This document shows, in pieces, positions 26,405-35,615 of a stretch of DNA of 50,306 bases. Every line of letters begins with the position of its first letter. Position 1 is the stretch's first letter. The notes beneath the pieces were generated by a model, which saw nothing but the letters and a program-made list of their open reading frames with translations, was not told where the DNA came from and ran no database searches. The position numbers were made by a program, and so were the translations under genes. The DNA is from an uncultured Candidatus Saccharibacteria bacterium (GTDB taxonomy: Bacteria > Patescibacteriota > WWE3 > JAUXAW01 > CAYREW01). The DNA lies in assembly GCA_964451675.1 (NCBI GenBank), contig CAYVIL010000003.1, positions 7,585 to 57,890 of the forward strand. Direction: 5' to 3'.

Positions 26405-27985
26405 CTATTCTATACTATTAGGAGCTACTAAACCATCAGCTAGCAAATCCTGCTTTCTGAAATGTATAGCCTTGAAATAAAGATCAACATATTTTTCAGC
26501 ACTAGCAGTCCAAGAAAAATCTTCTTGCATTGCTCTACGAACCAGCCCGCGCCACTCGCGGGGATGTCTGTAAACCTCTAGAGCACGAATAACCTGAGCA
26601 AAATATTGCCACATGTTATAATCAGGAAAAACAAACCCATAGCCACTATTTGTTTTTGGGTCGTAGTCTTTGACTGTGTCTGCTAAACCCCCAGTAGCTC
26701 TTGCGACAGAAATAGCACCGTAACGCATACCTTCCATCTGCACAATACCACAAGGCTCAAACTTAGAAGGAAAAAGCATTATATCGGAACCAGCGAAAAC
26801 TAGACGGGGCAGAGTAAAATTTGGCATTAAATGGGCACCCACCTTTTCCGGAAACTCTTTCTTAAGCTTTTGGAACTCGTCCACAAAATGCGGATCTCCT
26901 CCACCAACAATTATAAACTGAACATCGAAGCTCCTAAGAAGCGGCCACAATATCGAAACAGTAAGATCAAGACCTTTCTGCTCATCCAAACGTCCAACTA
27001 CTCCTAAAACAGGAATCTCTTCATCCTCAGGAAGCCCAAGCTCCTTCTGCAACGCTAGCTTGTTTAGCACTCTTTTAGACAAACTGTTTACATCAAAATT
27101 TTCCTCAATCAAAGGATCAGTTTTGGGATTAAACTCTTTATAGTCAACACCGTTGACAACACCGAACAGCTTGGAACGCATTTCTAACAGCAGTCGATCT
27201 AAACCCTCTCCACATTCAGGAGTTAAAATTTCTCGCGAGTAGGTCTCAGAAACAGTACTAACCAAATCTGAATATAAAATACCTCTGCGCGCAAAGTTCT
27301 GCTTCTCTAATCGTTTAGAATAGAAGCTAGCAATTTGCGATCGACCATCATCTAAATCTGTCTCCGGGACAAGTTTGTGATTAAACATACCTTGGTAATT
27401 TAAATTATGAATTGTATAAACAGTAGCTACAGGTAAGAACCTTTCCTCTGTTTCATACTCTGTTTTAAGGTAGTTTGGTACAGCACCAATCTGCCAATCA
27501 TTGGCATGGATAATATCAGGTATCCAATCGTGGTGACACAAAAACTCTAAACATCCGCGCGAGAGAAGCGCCCAGCGCAAAGAATCATCACTATAACCAT
27601 AAACATTTGCCCTTTTTTCGTAATATTCCATATTTTCCAAAAAATAGACTAACGGACCACCAGGAACACGGTGCTTTTTAACATTACAAATCAAATAGCG
27701 GCGGTTATCTCCTTCATCAACACCTGTAGGCACCTCTAGCCCTTCCAACACCATCTCCAAATCGTATTTATCTTCGTCTATTGAACCAAACTTGGGCATG
27801 AAGACACGCGCATCATGTCCCAAATTTACTAAGGAACGAGAAAGTGCAGAAATAACACGCGAAACGCCACCCACGTTGGCGTAAGGACTTACTTCGGGAG
27901 CAACCATCAGTACCTTAAGGCTTTCTTGCTCAGATGGTAGCAGAACTTTTTTAAATTCAGTTAATACAGAAGATTTAGTCGACAT
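26405..27985 (-). CDS. glgA: Glycogen/starch synthase (GT5)
   Basis: KVLMVAPEVSPYANVGGVSRV (K-X-G-G-type region), the HANDWQ region and PSKFEPCGIVQMEGMRYG. Confidence 0.9.
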   Translation of the reverse strand: MSTKSSVLTEFKKVLLPSEQESLKVLMVAPEVSPYANVGGVSRVISALSRSLVNLGHDARVFMPKFGSIDEDKYDLEMVLEGLEVPTGVDEGDNRRYLICNVKKHRVPGGPLVYFLENMEYYEKRANVYGYSDDSLRWALLSRGCLEFLCHHDWIPDIIHANDWQIGAVPNYLKTEYETEERFLPVATVYTIHNLNYQGMFNHKLVPETDLDDGRSQIASFYSKRLEKQNFARRGILYSDLVSTVSETYSREILTPECGEGLDRLLLEMRSKLFGVVNGVDYKEFNPKTDPLIEENFDVNSLSKRVLNKLALQKELGLPEDEEIPVLGVVGRLDEQKGLDLTVSILWPLLRSFDVQFIIVGGGDPHFVDEFQKLKKEFPEKVGAHLMPNFTLPRLVFAGSDIMLFPSKFEPCGIVQMEGMRYGAISVARATGGLADTVKDYDPKTNSGYGFVFPDYNMWQYFAQVIRALEVYRHPREWRGLVRRAMQEDFSWTASAEKYVDLYFKAIHFRKQDLLADGLVAPNSIE

Positions 27986-28484
27986 TTCTTAATCATTGTA
28001 CCATAAAAAAAATTGACTTGCCCCTTGACAATTTGCTGTGTCCATGGGATTCTGGAACTGTTATTGTGAGGATACCGGCTCACAATCTACGCTTAAATTT
28101 TAGTATTACCTAAGTGAGGGGAGGAGAGCAGGCATTGATAATACATACATATGGAGGTTAGCAGAGAATGTAGATATCTAACAAAAGCACTTTAAAAACT
28201 TAATATCCTCTTATCACTCCCAAAAATTCGGAGAGAACTACAAGGAGATAAAAATAGGAGGAAGAGATCGATTTCCTTTTATCCGCCAAAAGGAAACGGA
28301 AACGTACGTGTCGCTCGTTAGCCCCATTGGGGGTAGCTCAAAATTATTCGGTTTTTTCGTGTTGGATTAGTAGGTAGCAGGTAATTGTGTTTTGGGGTCC
28401 CTAGTGGGGCTATTTCACTATTTTATTAACTTCTTACCAGTTAAAAAATGAGATCACTATAGCGCTTAACCATAATTAGGTCTC

Positions 28485-29603
28485 TTACTGCCCCACAACT
28501 TTATTAAACACGTCTATTGTTTCCTTAGCAGCCCGTTCCCAAGAAAATTTAGAAGCTCTGCGCAAAGAAGTTTTAACCAAATGCTCTCTTTCTTCAGCAG
28601 AGGCTGCCAGTACAGTTCTTATTCCCTCTTCTATTGCTGAGACACTGGTAGGTTCTACATACACAGCAGCGTCCCCCCCAACCTCTGGAAGACTAGAAAC
28701 TTCAGAAAGAACTACAGGTGTAGCACAAGCCATCGCTTCCAAAGGAGCTAAACCAAAACCCTCGTATAAAGACGGGAAAACAAATACCACCGCTCCGCTG
28801 TACAGTACGGGAAGATCGCTATCAGGAACATGCCCTAAAAAATTAACCCGCTGACCAATACCAAGCTGTCTGGGCAATTCGTAAATATCCTCACAAAGCC
28901 AGCCTTTCTTTCCAACAATTACCAAATCCATATCCTTATATTGACTTGATATTGCAGAAAAAGCCTCAATAAGCCTTTTATAATTTTTTCTTGGCTGTAC
29001 CGTCCCCACACTCAAAATATAGTTCCTTGAAAAACCATATTTCCCCGCAAGTTCAGCTACTTTATTTTCAGGCTGGGGCTTAAAAACATCTCTATCGTAA
29101 CCCTCATAAATAACAGTAACTCTCTCCTCCGATATACCGAATTGGCTAACTAAATCCCTTTTAGTAGAATGGGAAACAGCAATAATGTGAGATGCGTTTC
29201 TTGCACAATACTCAGTAGCTTTATTCAAATAAAGACGGCCGGGAAAAGTATAGTACTGCTCGAGGTACTGCGCTGCTAAATCATGAATAGTAACAACAGT
29301 TTTCAAGCTCGGGCGACGAAGAACAGGAATTGTATGTGCTGGGACAAATAAAAGGTCCGGTTGACGCATTAGACATTCCCAAGCTAAGCCCCCCTGTGTA
29401 TAAAATCGGGCCCACTTCAACTGCCTAACTTCAAAATTATCACCAACACACAGAGTTCGAGGAGGCTCAGAATTAACGTATAAACGATAATTGTTACGCT
29501 GATCAACCTTCTCTAACGCACGGATAAGGTAGTAAGAATAGTTTTCAGGCCCCCCCCACTTGCTGGAAACTGCACGGGAGGCATCAATTCCAATCAACAT
29601 CAA
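28485..29603 (-). CDS. Glycosyltransferase family 4 (GT-B fold)
   Basis: C-terminal domain FPSLYEGFGLAPLEAMACATPVV (E-X7-E region). Starts 7 nt after the mreB paralog 2 stop. Confidence 0.85.
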   Translation of the reverse strand: MMLIGIDASRAVSSKWGGPENYSYYLIRALEKVDQRNNYRLYVNSEPPRTLCVGDNFEVRQLKWARFYTQGGLAWECLMRQPDLLFVPAHTIPVLRRPSLKTVVTIHDLAAQYLEQYYTFPGRLYLNKATEYCARNASHIIAVSHSTKRDLVSQFGISEERVTVIYEGYDRDVFKPQPENKVAELAGKYGFSRNYILSVGTVQPRKNYKRLIEAFSAISSQYKDMDLVIVGKKGWLCEDIYELPRQLGIGQRVNFLGHVPDSDLPVLYSGAVVFVFPSLYEGFGLAPLEAMACATPVVLSEVSSLPEVGGDAAVYVEPTSVSAIEEGIRTVLAASAEEREHLVKTSLRRASKFSWERAAKETIDVFNKVVGQ

Positions 29604-29610
29604 TAAAATA

Positions 29611-30612
29611 TTACCGGGTTAAAACACTCTTCTTAAAAGTTTCCATGTTTTCTATAGCCACACCCGCTCCCTTAACCACACAAAAAATTGGCTCGTCCGC
29701 ACGATGGGCAGCGACCCCGGTTTCTCGAGTAAAATATTTATCAATATTCCTCAACAAACTAGTACCACCGCTCAACACCATACCCTTGTCAATAACATCA
29801 GATACCAACTCAGGAGGAGTTTTTTCCAAAACACGGCGAATTGCCGTTACCATAGACGAAAGAGGACCTTGGATAGCCTCTGTTATTTCCCCAGAAGTAA
29901 TTTCAATTCTACGGGGCAAACCATCTAAACTACCCCGGCCCTTTACTTCAATATTTAGATCATTCTCCAACTTCAAAGCGGCACCGATCTCAATTTTTAT
30001 CTTTTCCGCAGTAACTTCACCTACTACAAGATTATACTCCCTCCTCATATAGTCCGATATAGCACTGTCTATAGCGTTACCTGCTGTTCTCACACTTTCG
30101 GAAACAACAACACCACCAAGAGAAGTAATCGCAACTTCCGTAGTTCCCCCACCGGAATTTACAATCATATTGCCTGATGGCTCACCAATTGGAATACCAG
30201 CTCCAATCGAAGCTGCGAGCGGCTCTGGTATTAAATACGCAGTGCGGGACCCAGCAGCTGTAATTGCGTCTAAAACAGCGCGGGATTCGACCGAAGTAAC
30301 TCCAGCAGGCACAGAAACCATAACTTCTGGCTTAAAAAGGCGCACATTTCCGGTCACCTGCCCAATAAAATACTTCAGCATTGCCTCTGTTACTAAATAA
30401 TCAGCAATTACACCGTCCCGCATAGGCCGCAGAGCTTGGATATTCTCTGGTGTCTTCCCTAACATTTCTCTAGCATCTCTACCTACAGCAACAACTTTGC
30501 GGTCCTCTGTAGATAGAGCAACCACCGTAGGCTCATTCAAAACAACACCTTTTCCGCTCACATATACCAAAGAATTTGCAGTACCTAAATCAATCGCAAT
30601 TTTTTTAGCCAT
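29611..30612 (-). CDS. MreB/Mbl actin-like protein (paralog 2)
   Basis: KKIAIDLGTANSLVYV, NSGGGTTEVAI and SGGTSLLRN. I use the ATG at 30612 because the track start is a TTG 12 codons upstream. Confidence 0.9.
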   Translation of the reverse strand: MAKKIAIDLGTANSLVYVSGKGVVLNEPTVVALSTEDRKVVAVGRDAREMLGKTPENIQALRPMRDGVIADYLVTEAMLKYFIGQVTGNVRLFKPEVMVSVPAGVTSVESRAVLDAITAAGSRTAYLIPEPLAASIGAGIPIGEPSGNMIVNSGGGTTEVAITSLGGVVVSESVRTAGNAIDSAISDYMRREYNLVVGEVTAEKIKIEIGAALKLENDLNIEVKGRGSLDGLPRRIEITSGEITEAIQGPLSSMVTAIRRVLEKTPPELVSDVIDKGMVLSGGTSLLRNIDKYFTRETGVAAHRADEPIFCVVKGAGVAIENMETFKKSVLTR

Positions 30613-30669
30613 TAAAGAGATAATACCAAAAGTTGAATCTCTACTCAATCCTTGTTATCATAACAAAAA

Positions 30670-31794
30670 ATGAACAGAAGACTACTATTCACACTAGCCG
30701 CATTTGTTCTTGTTGCAGGAACAAGTGTAGCAATATTCTTTTACGCGCGCGGTTTAAAATTCAACCCAGAAGAAAAAAGAATTGAAAAGACAGGTATGGT
30801 TTTGGTCAAATCTAGACCAGACGGTGCCAAAATATTTTTTGACAATGAGCTAATAACAGCTACACCCTCTACATTAAGCGGACTAAAACCAGGACAATAT
30901 AACCTCACACTTATTAAAGAAGGCTATTCTAAATGGGAAAAAGATGTGTCGGTGCAGGAAGGTCTAGTGACCAGCGTATCTGCACTCCTTATTTCGCAAA
31001 CTCCGGAACTAAAACCATTAACTTCTACAGGAGCATATTCCCCTATAACTACAGATCAACAAAATAAGATTGCCTTTAAAATCAAAAAGGGATCGAAAAC
31101 TGGAATAGGTATATTAAACCTTGAAAACACAACACTACCGTTAATCAAAACCTCCGCAAACCAAATAATTCCAGACACTAAGCAAGCGTCATACTCAGCT
31201 GCTAAATCTATGCAGTGGTCTCCTTTAGGTACAGAATTATTAGTTGAAGTAGACGAATCACGATCGTATTTAATTAAAACAGATGTTAGTGGACCTAACA
31301 AAGTACAACAAGCTGACCCCAAGATAACAATAAATAACTGGCAAAAAGAGGAAGAGGAGATAAAATCACTGTTAGCAAACCGTTTTAAATTAACAGAAGA
31401 AGTGAAAAAAATTGCCACATCTTCGGCAACAAAGTGGTCTCCAGACGAAAATAAATTCCTAACTGAACAACAGAAAAACGGAACGAGAAAATTTATAATT
31501 TACAACTTCGAGAAGCCTTTAAGCGTGGGAGAACAAGAAAAATATACCCCACTTGAATTAGACGGTGATGATCCCAGCCAGGTAATTTGGTATTCAGACT
31601 CGGAACATTTGTTACTAGTAAACAAAGACTCCATTCGCATTGTAGAAAAGAGCGGAACCAATATAACCACCATGTACAGTGGGCGGATAGAAGAGGCCTT
31701 AGCCGTCCCCTTTCCCAAAGGTGATAAAATAGTCATTCTTACTAAATTTAAGGAAACTGGGGAGCCTAACTTATACTCACTAAGTCTACAATAG
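30670..31794 (+). CDS. Membrane-anchored PEGA-domain protein with a beta-rich C-terminal region
   Basis: N-terminal TM, then VLVKSRPDGAKIFFDNELITATPSTLSGLKPGQYNLTLIKEGYSKWEKDVSVQEG, which fits the PEGA pattern. The rest is unclassified. Confidence 0.7.
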   Translation: MNRRLLFTLAAFVLVAGTSVAIFFYARGLKFNPEEKRIEKTGMVLVKSRPDGAKIFFDNELITATPSTLSGLKPGQYNLTLIKEGYSKWEKDVSVQEGLVTSVSALLISQTPELKPLTSTGAYSPITTDQQNKIAFKIKKGSKTGIGILNLENTTLPLIKTSANQIIPDTKQASYSAAKSMQWSPLGTELLVEVDESRSYLIKTDVSGPNKVQQADPKITINNWQKEEEEIKSLLANRFKLTEEVKKIATSSATKWSPDENKFLTEQQKNGTRKFIIYNFEKPLSVGEQEKYTPLELDGDDPSQVIWYSDSEHLLLVNKDSIRIVEKSGTNITTMYSGRIEEALAVPFPKGDKIVILTKFKETGEPNLYSLSLQ

Positions 31795-31856
31795 AACTAC
31801 GGTAGAACAGCAATTCTACTTGTGGGGTAGCAAAATGTGCGCTTTTTCTTTTTTTG

Positions 31857-31933
31857 TGGTACCCCTGGGAGGATTCGAACCCCCAACATTCGGCTTAGGA
31901 CGCCGACGTTCTGTCCAATTGAACTACAGGGGC
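31857..31933 (-). tRNA. tRNA-Arg (anticodon CCT)
   Basis: GCCCCTG-TA-GTTC..GAAC-G-TCGGC-GTCCTAA-GCCGA-..-GGGGG-TTCGAAT-CCTCC-CAGGGGT-A-CCA. It has a G1-U72 pair and G at position 32. Confidence 0.85.
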
Positions 31934-31981
31934 GTAGATCATTTATAGTCTAACACGTTGACTGCTACCAGCGCAAAAAAA

Positions 31982-32644
31982 ATGAAAAAAAACATAATTC
32001 TCAAAATCATTTCCAATACATTTATTGTTAGCGGTATAGCGTTACTTTTACTTGCCCTTTGGCCAACAATTAATTCTGAGCTAAGATATCAATGGCATAG
32101 ATTACTAGGACGCAAGTTTTCTTTAGAAGAGCAGGAAATCGTAATCAAAGAGAAACCGAGTCCGTTCGCTGCACTAATAAAGCAACCAACCCCGATAAGA
32201 GTGGGACCTGCCTCTAAAGAGTTTGGCATTGTTATAGAAAAAATAAATGTCAACGCTCCAGTTATACAAGATGTAGAAGTAACAGATGAGACAATTTACA
32301 AGGAAGCCCTTAAGCATGGCGTAGCCCACGCAAAAGGAACAGCAAAGCCGGGATCAAACAACAATATTTTTCTTTTCGCCCATTCCAGTCTAAACTTCTG
32401 GCAACTGGGAGAGTACGCAACAGTATTTAACCTGCTGCGAAAACTAGAAAACGGAGACCGCATTGTCCTTTTTTACAAAGGCAAAATGTTCGATTACCGC
32501 GTACAAGAAAAAAAGATCCTAGACGGCTTTGATATCTCACCGTTAACAGCCGCATACCATACAGAAATTTTAACACTTCAAACGTGCCACCCTCCTGGAT
32601 CCACCTTGAACAGGCTAATTATTACTGCACCCAGATATGAGTAA
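31982..32644 (+). CDS. Sortase family transpeptidase
   Basis: N-terminal membrane anchor, catalytic His region IFLFAHSS and catalytic Cys in LTLQTCHPPGS (TLxTC). I use the ATG at 31982 rather than the TTG at 31958. Confidence 0.8.
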   Translation: MKKNIILKIISNTFIVSGIALLLLALWPTINSELRYQWHRLLGRKFSLEEQEIVIKEKPSPFAALIKQPTPIRVGPASKEFGIVIEKINVNAPVIQDVEVTDETIYKEALKHGVAHAKGTAKPGSNNNIFLFAHSSLNFWQLGEYATVFNLLRKLENGDRIVLFYKGKMFDYRVQEKKILDGFDISPLTAAYHTEILTLQTCHPPGSTLNRLIITAPRYE

Positions 32645-32765
32645 ATCTAAATAGTTTCCACGCACCATATCAACAATTTACCTCCAACTCCCAACTACAG
32701 GACAGAAATCAATAAATTTTAGGGGATTGTTTGCAAATCGATCCTTCCTATTTATAGGACCAAAG

Positions 32766-34655
32766 CTACATTGAGTGGGGCAAAGAAATACCAAGCAGAC
32801 CCAGTCCATTCTTCATAACCTGCGCAGCAGCAAAGACCAAAGCAAGTCTGGCATCCCGATCATCACCAGTAGAATTAATAACAGAAACTTTTTCATAAAA
32901 CTTGTTAAACCTCCTTGCCAGATCAAATAAGTAAGAACAAACAATTTGAGGCTCGTATGTCTCCGTAGCCACTTTAACTACCCTAGGAAATGCTGACAAA
33001 CAACGCAGCAAGCTTTGCTCAGCTTCCTTGCAAAACAAATAGTTTGAATTGACTACTAAATCAGCACAACTAGCAACACCAGCTTTATCCAAAATGGATT
33101 CAGCTCTAGTACAAGCATACTGAACATAAGGACCTGAATCACCTTCTAAAGAAACGGAGGTATCTATATTAAAATTAATATCTTTCTCACGGCTATAGCG
33201 CAATAAACCATATTTTACAGCTGCCAAAGTGACTTGCTGAATGACATCTTCTTTCTCATCGTCCGTGAGCTGGCGAAGCATATTTGAACTTTCCATAACA
33301 TTACAAACTTTTTTACCTACTGCATTCAACAAGTAATCAGCAGTAACAACAGATCCCTCCCTAGAGCGCATTCTCTCACCCCCTTTTAAATAGACATAAC
33401 CAAAATACAAATGAAGATAATCCTTAAGCGTACCTATACCCAACTGCTCGCAAATAGCAAACAGTTGTTTCATATACAAAATTTGATCATTAGCTATAAC
33501 CCACATATAGAGATCCGAGGGGAACTTTTCCCTCTTTTTCTTAGTTAAATTAATATCAAAAGTGTGGTAAAGACTGGTACCGTCCGATTTAATAACAACT
33601 GTGTCCGGTAAATTGTACTCCGACAGATTGGTTATTACCGCCCCCTCACTTTCCTGAAAAACGCCCTCTTCTAAACCCTTGCTCACCAAATCCTTACCTT
33701 CTTCATAAAGAGCACTCTCATACCAAACATGGTCGTGCCTACTTCCGATCGTACTATATGTTTGGTCCTGCCCGACCAACGACTGCGTAATAATCATTTT
33801 CCAAAGACTCTTCACTTTAAGATTGTTGCTTTCCCATGCCTGTAGAATCTTCCTTATTGACGCCTTTACCCCGGGAACTTCTTTTTCGGCCCTATCGCCC
33901 AAAGCATAAAAAAGAAGATAAAAATAATCAGATTTCAAACCTATATCATCCGGTGTAAGCCAATTCGAAGAATCTTCAACCCACTTGTCCAACAGCTGCT
34001 CCCAATCCCACCGCTCGGGCAGTCTTTCTAATGTACTATCAGCAATACTAAAATTAAGCAACCTATCTAAATCAATATTACTTTCCGAATAGGCACCAAA
34101 AAGATATCCCCACATTACACGACAAACGTGAGTTCCTCTATCATTAACAACACAATCCAGAGTAACATCAAACCCCGAGAACTCGAGCAGATTACCTACC
34201 GCCATACCTAAAAAGTTATTGCGTAGATGCCCAACATGGAGTGCTTTAATTGGATCAGGACTAGTATGTTCCAACAAAACCTTCGCTCCTTCTCCCCAAC
34301 TCGAAGATCCATATTTACCTTTCTCAGATAGAATACTTTCCAGCACCGCCAATAAAGCCCGATCACTTATATAGAAATTGATAAACCCGGGAGCAACCGC
34401 CTCTACCTTTTGTAAATATTCTCTCTCGGGAAATTTTTCTACAATGAGCTGGGCCACTTCCAAAGGAGTAGAAAATTCAACTTCTCCCTGAAGAATTCTC
34501 CTAAACTCTGCCAATGCAAAAGTAGAAGCAATGTCTCCATGGGACGGATCCGCAGGCTGTTCTAAATAAGCGCTCTCGAGAATTAGACCCAAATTCTTTT
34601 TTACAACTTCCCCTAAATCTGCTTCTATGGATCGCTCTATATTTTTGACTACCAT
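32766..34655 (-). CDS. argS: Arginyl-tRNA synthetase
   Basis: HIGH-type HVGHLRN, RMRSREGSVV (the MSTR-type equivalent) and a C-terminal anticodon-binding helical domain. I use the ATG at 34655 because the track start is a TTG. Confidence 0.9.
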   Translation of the reverse strand: MVVKNIERSIEADLGEVVKKNLGLILESAYLEQPADPSHGDIASTFALAEFRRILQGEVEFSTPLEVAQLIVEKFPEREYLQKVEAVAPGFINFYISDRALLAVLESILSEKGKYGSSSWGEGAKVLLEHTSPDPIKALHVGHLRNNFLGMAVGNLLEFSGFDVTLDCVVNDRGTHVCRVMWGYLFGAYSESNIDLDRLLNFSIADSTLERLPERWDWEQLLDKWVEDSSNWLTPDDIGLKSDYFYLLFYALGDRAEKEVPGVKASIRKILQAWESNNLKVKSLWKMIITQSLVGQDQTYSTIGSRHDHVWYESALYEEGKDLVSKGLEEGVFQESEGAVITNLSEYNLPDTVVIKSDGTSLYHTFDINLTKKKREKFPSDLYMWVIANDQILYMKQLFAICEQLGIGTLKDYLHLYFGYVYLKGGERMRSREGSVVTADYLLNAVGKKVCNVMESSNMLRQLTDDEKEDVIQQVTLAAVKYGLLRYSREKDINFNIDTSVSLEGDSGPYVQYACTRAESILDKAGVASCADLVVNSNYLFCKEAEQSLLRCLSAFPRVVKVATETYEPQIVCSYLFDLARRFNKFYEKVSVINSTGDDRDARLALVFAAAQVMKNGLGLLGISLPHSM

Positions 34656-34763
34656 TAAATTTAATATTACCGCACGTGTAAACCCCAATCTAGAGTGTAA
34701 CCAAAAGAAACTGCAGCAAACAGTACTTTAATATTGTGAAGAAGTTCCCAGTTAAAAATAGGA

Positions 34764-35615
34764 TTAGCGCAAAAACCAGTTGCTTCCATCGCTCACAATT
34801 TCTATAGTACCGTCTAAATCTGTCCTCTTTACAGTAACTCCAAAATCCTGAAGCATTTTCAAAGTTTCCCTACTGGGGTGTCCAAATCTATTATTAGCAC
34901 CAACGGAAATAACTGCTAACTCAGGCTCGGACTGCAGCAGTAATTCACTGTACAAGGAGTCCTGAGCACCCTGATGTGGCACCTTAAGCACATTTGTATT
35001 ATCAAACCCTGATAATATCAGAAAGCTTTTCTGTGCTTCGTTTGAAAAATCCCCGGTTAAAAGAGCGGAAAACTGTTTATAACGGGCATCCACAACGACC
35101 GAACAATAGTTAATATCGCTTTGGTAACAAAACTTTGGCGGCCAAACCACTTCTAAACAAAGTGGTTCAAGAACAATTACTTGTCCTTGGAACGCCTTAA
35201 TCGTAGGAATATTATTACTTACTAAAGTATTCAAAAACGCAGAGTAAACCTCGCTAGAATAAGGGGAAAACGCCAAAAGAGCATTACGAACTCTATAGTT
35301 TTCAAGCACATGGACCAACCCGGTCACATGATCAGCGTGTGGATGGGATAAAACCAACAAATCTATATCTCGCTCCCAGAACGGAAGTGCGGTATCTAAA
35401 CATGTAAGCACATCTTTACCCGGACCTCCATCTACTAGCACAGTCAGGTTGCGATACTTAAGTATAAAAGCGTCCCCCTGCCCTACATCGCAGAAAAAAA
35501 TATGAAGTGCTGAATCAGGCACCTGGAACCAAGCTAAACAGATGCTGACCGTAAGCGACACTAAGAGATACCAAAAAAGACTAGAGGTATAGATTCTCCT
35601 TAGATTAAAAAACAT
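34764..35615 (-). CDS. ComEC C-terminal module: metallo-beta-lactamase-fold protein with an N-terminal TM
   Basis: DVGQGDAFIL and LVLSHPHADHVTGL (HxHxDH). Its ATG overlaps the stop of the upstream competence-domain ORF (TAATG). Confidence 0.8.
   Translation of the reverse strand: MFFNLRRIYTSSLFWYLLVSLTVSICLAWFQVPDSALHIFFCDVGQGDAFILKYRNLTVLVDGGPGKDVLTCLDTALPFWERDIDLLVLSHPHADHVTGLVHVLENYRVRNALLAFSPYSSEVYSAFLNTLVSNNIPTIKAFQGQVIVLEPLCLEVVWPPKFCYQSDINYCSVVVDARYKQFSALLTGDFSNEAQKSFLILSGFDNTNVLKVPHQGAQDSLYSELLLQSEPELAVISVGANNRFGHPSRETLKMLQDFGVTVKRTDLDGTIEIVSDGSNWFLR

Noticed and set aside
28329-28340. GGGGGTAGCTCA resembling the 5' acceptor and D-arm start of a tRNA. This could be a tRNA gene or an att-site remnant.
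   Set aside because: No D-stem closure, anticodon arm or T-arm (GGTTCGA-type) follows, so no cloverleaf can be folded. It is mentioned only as part of the unexplained spacer.
29645-30400. Plus-strand ORFs (135, 74 and 76 aa) inside mreB paralog 2.
   Set aside because: They are antisense shadows of a strongly supported actin-fold gene.
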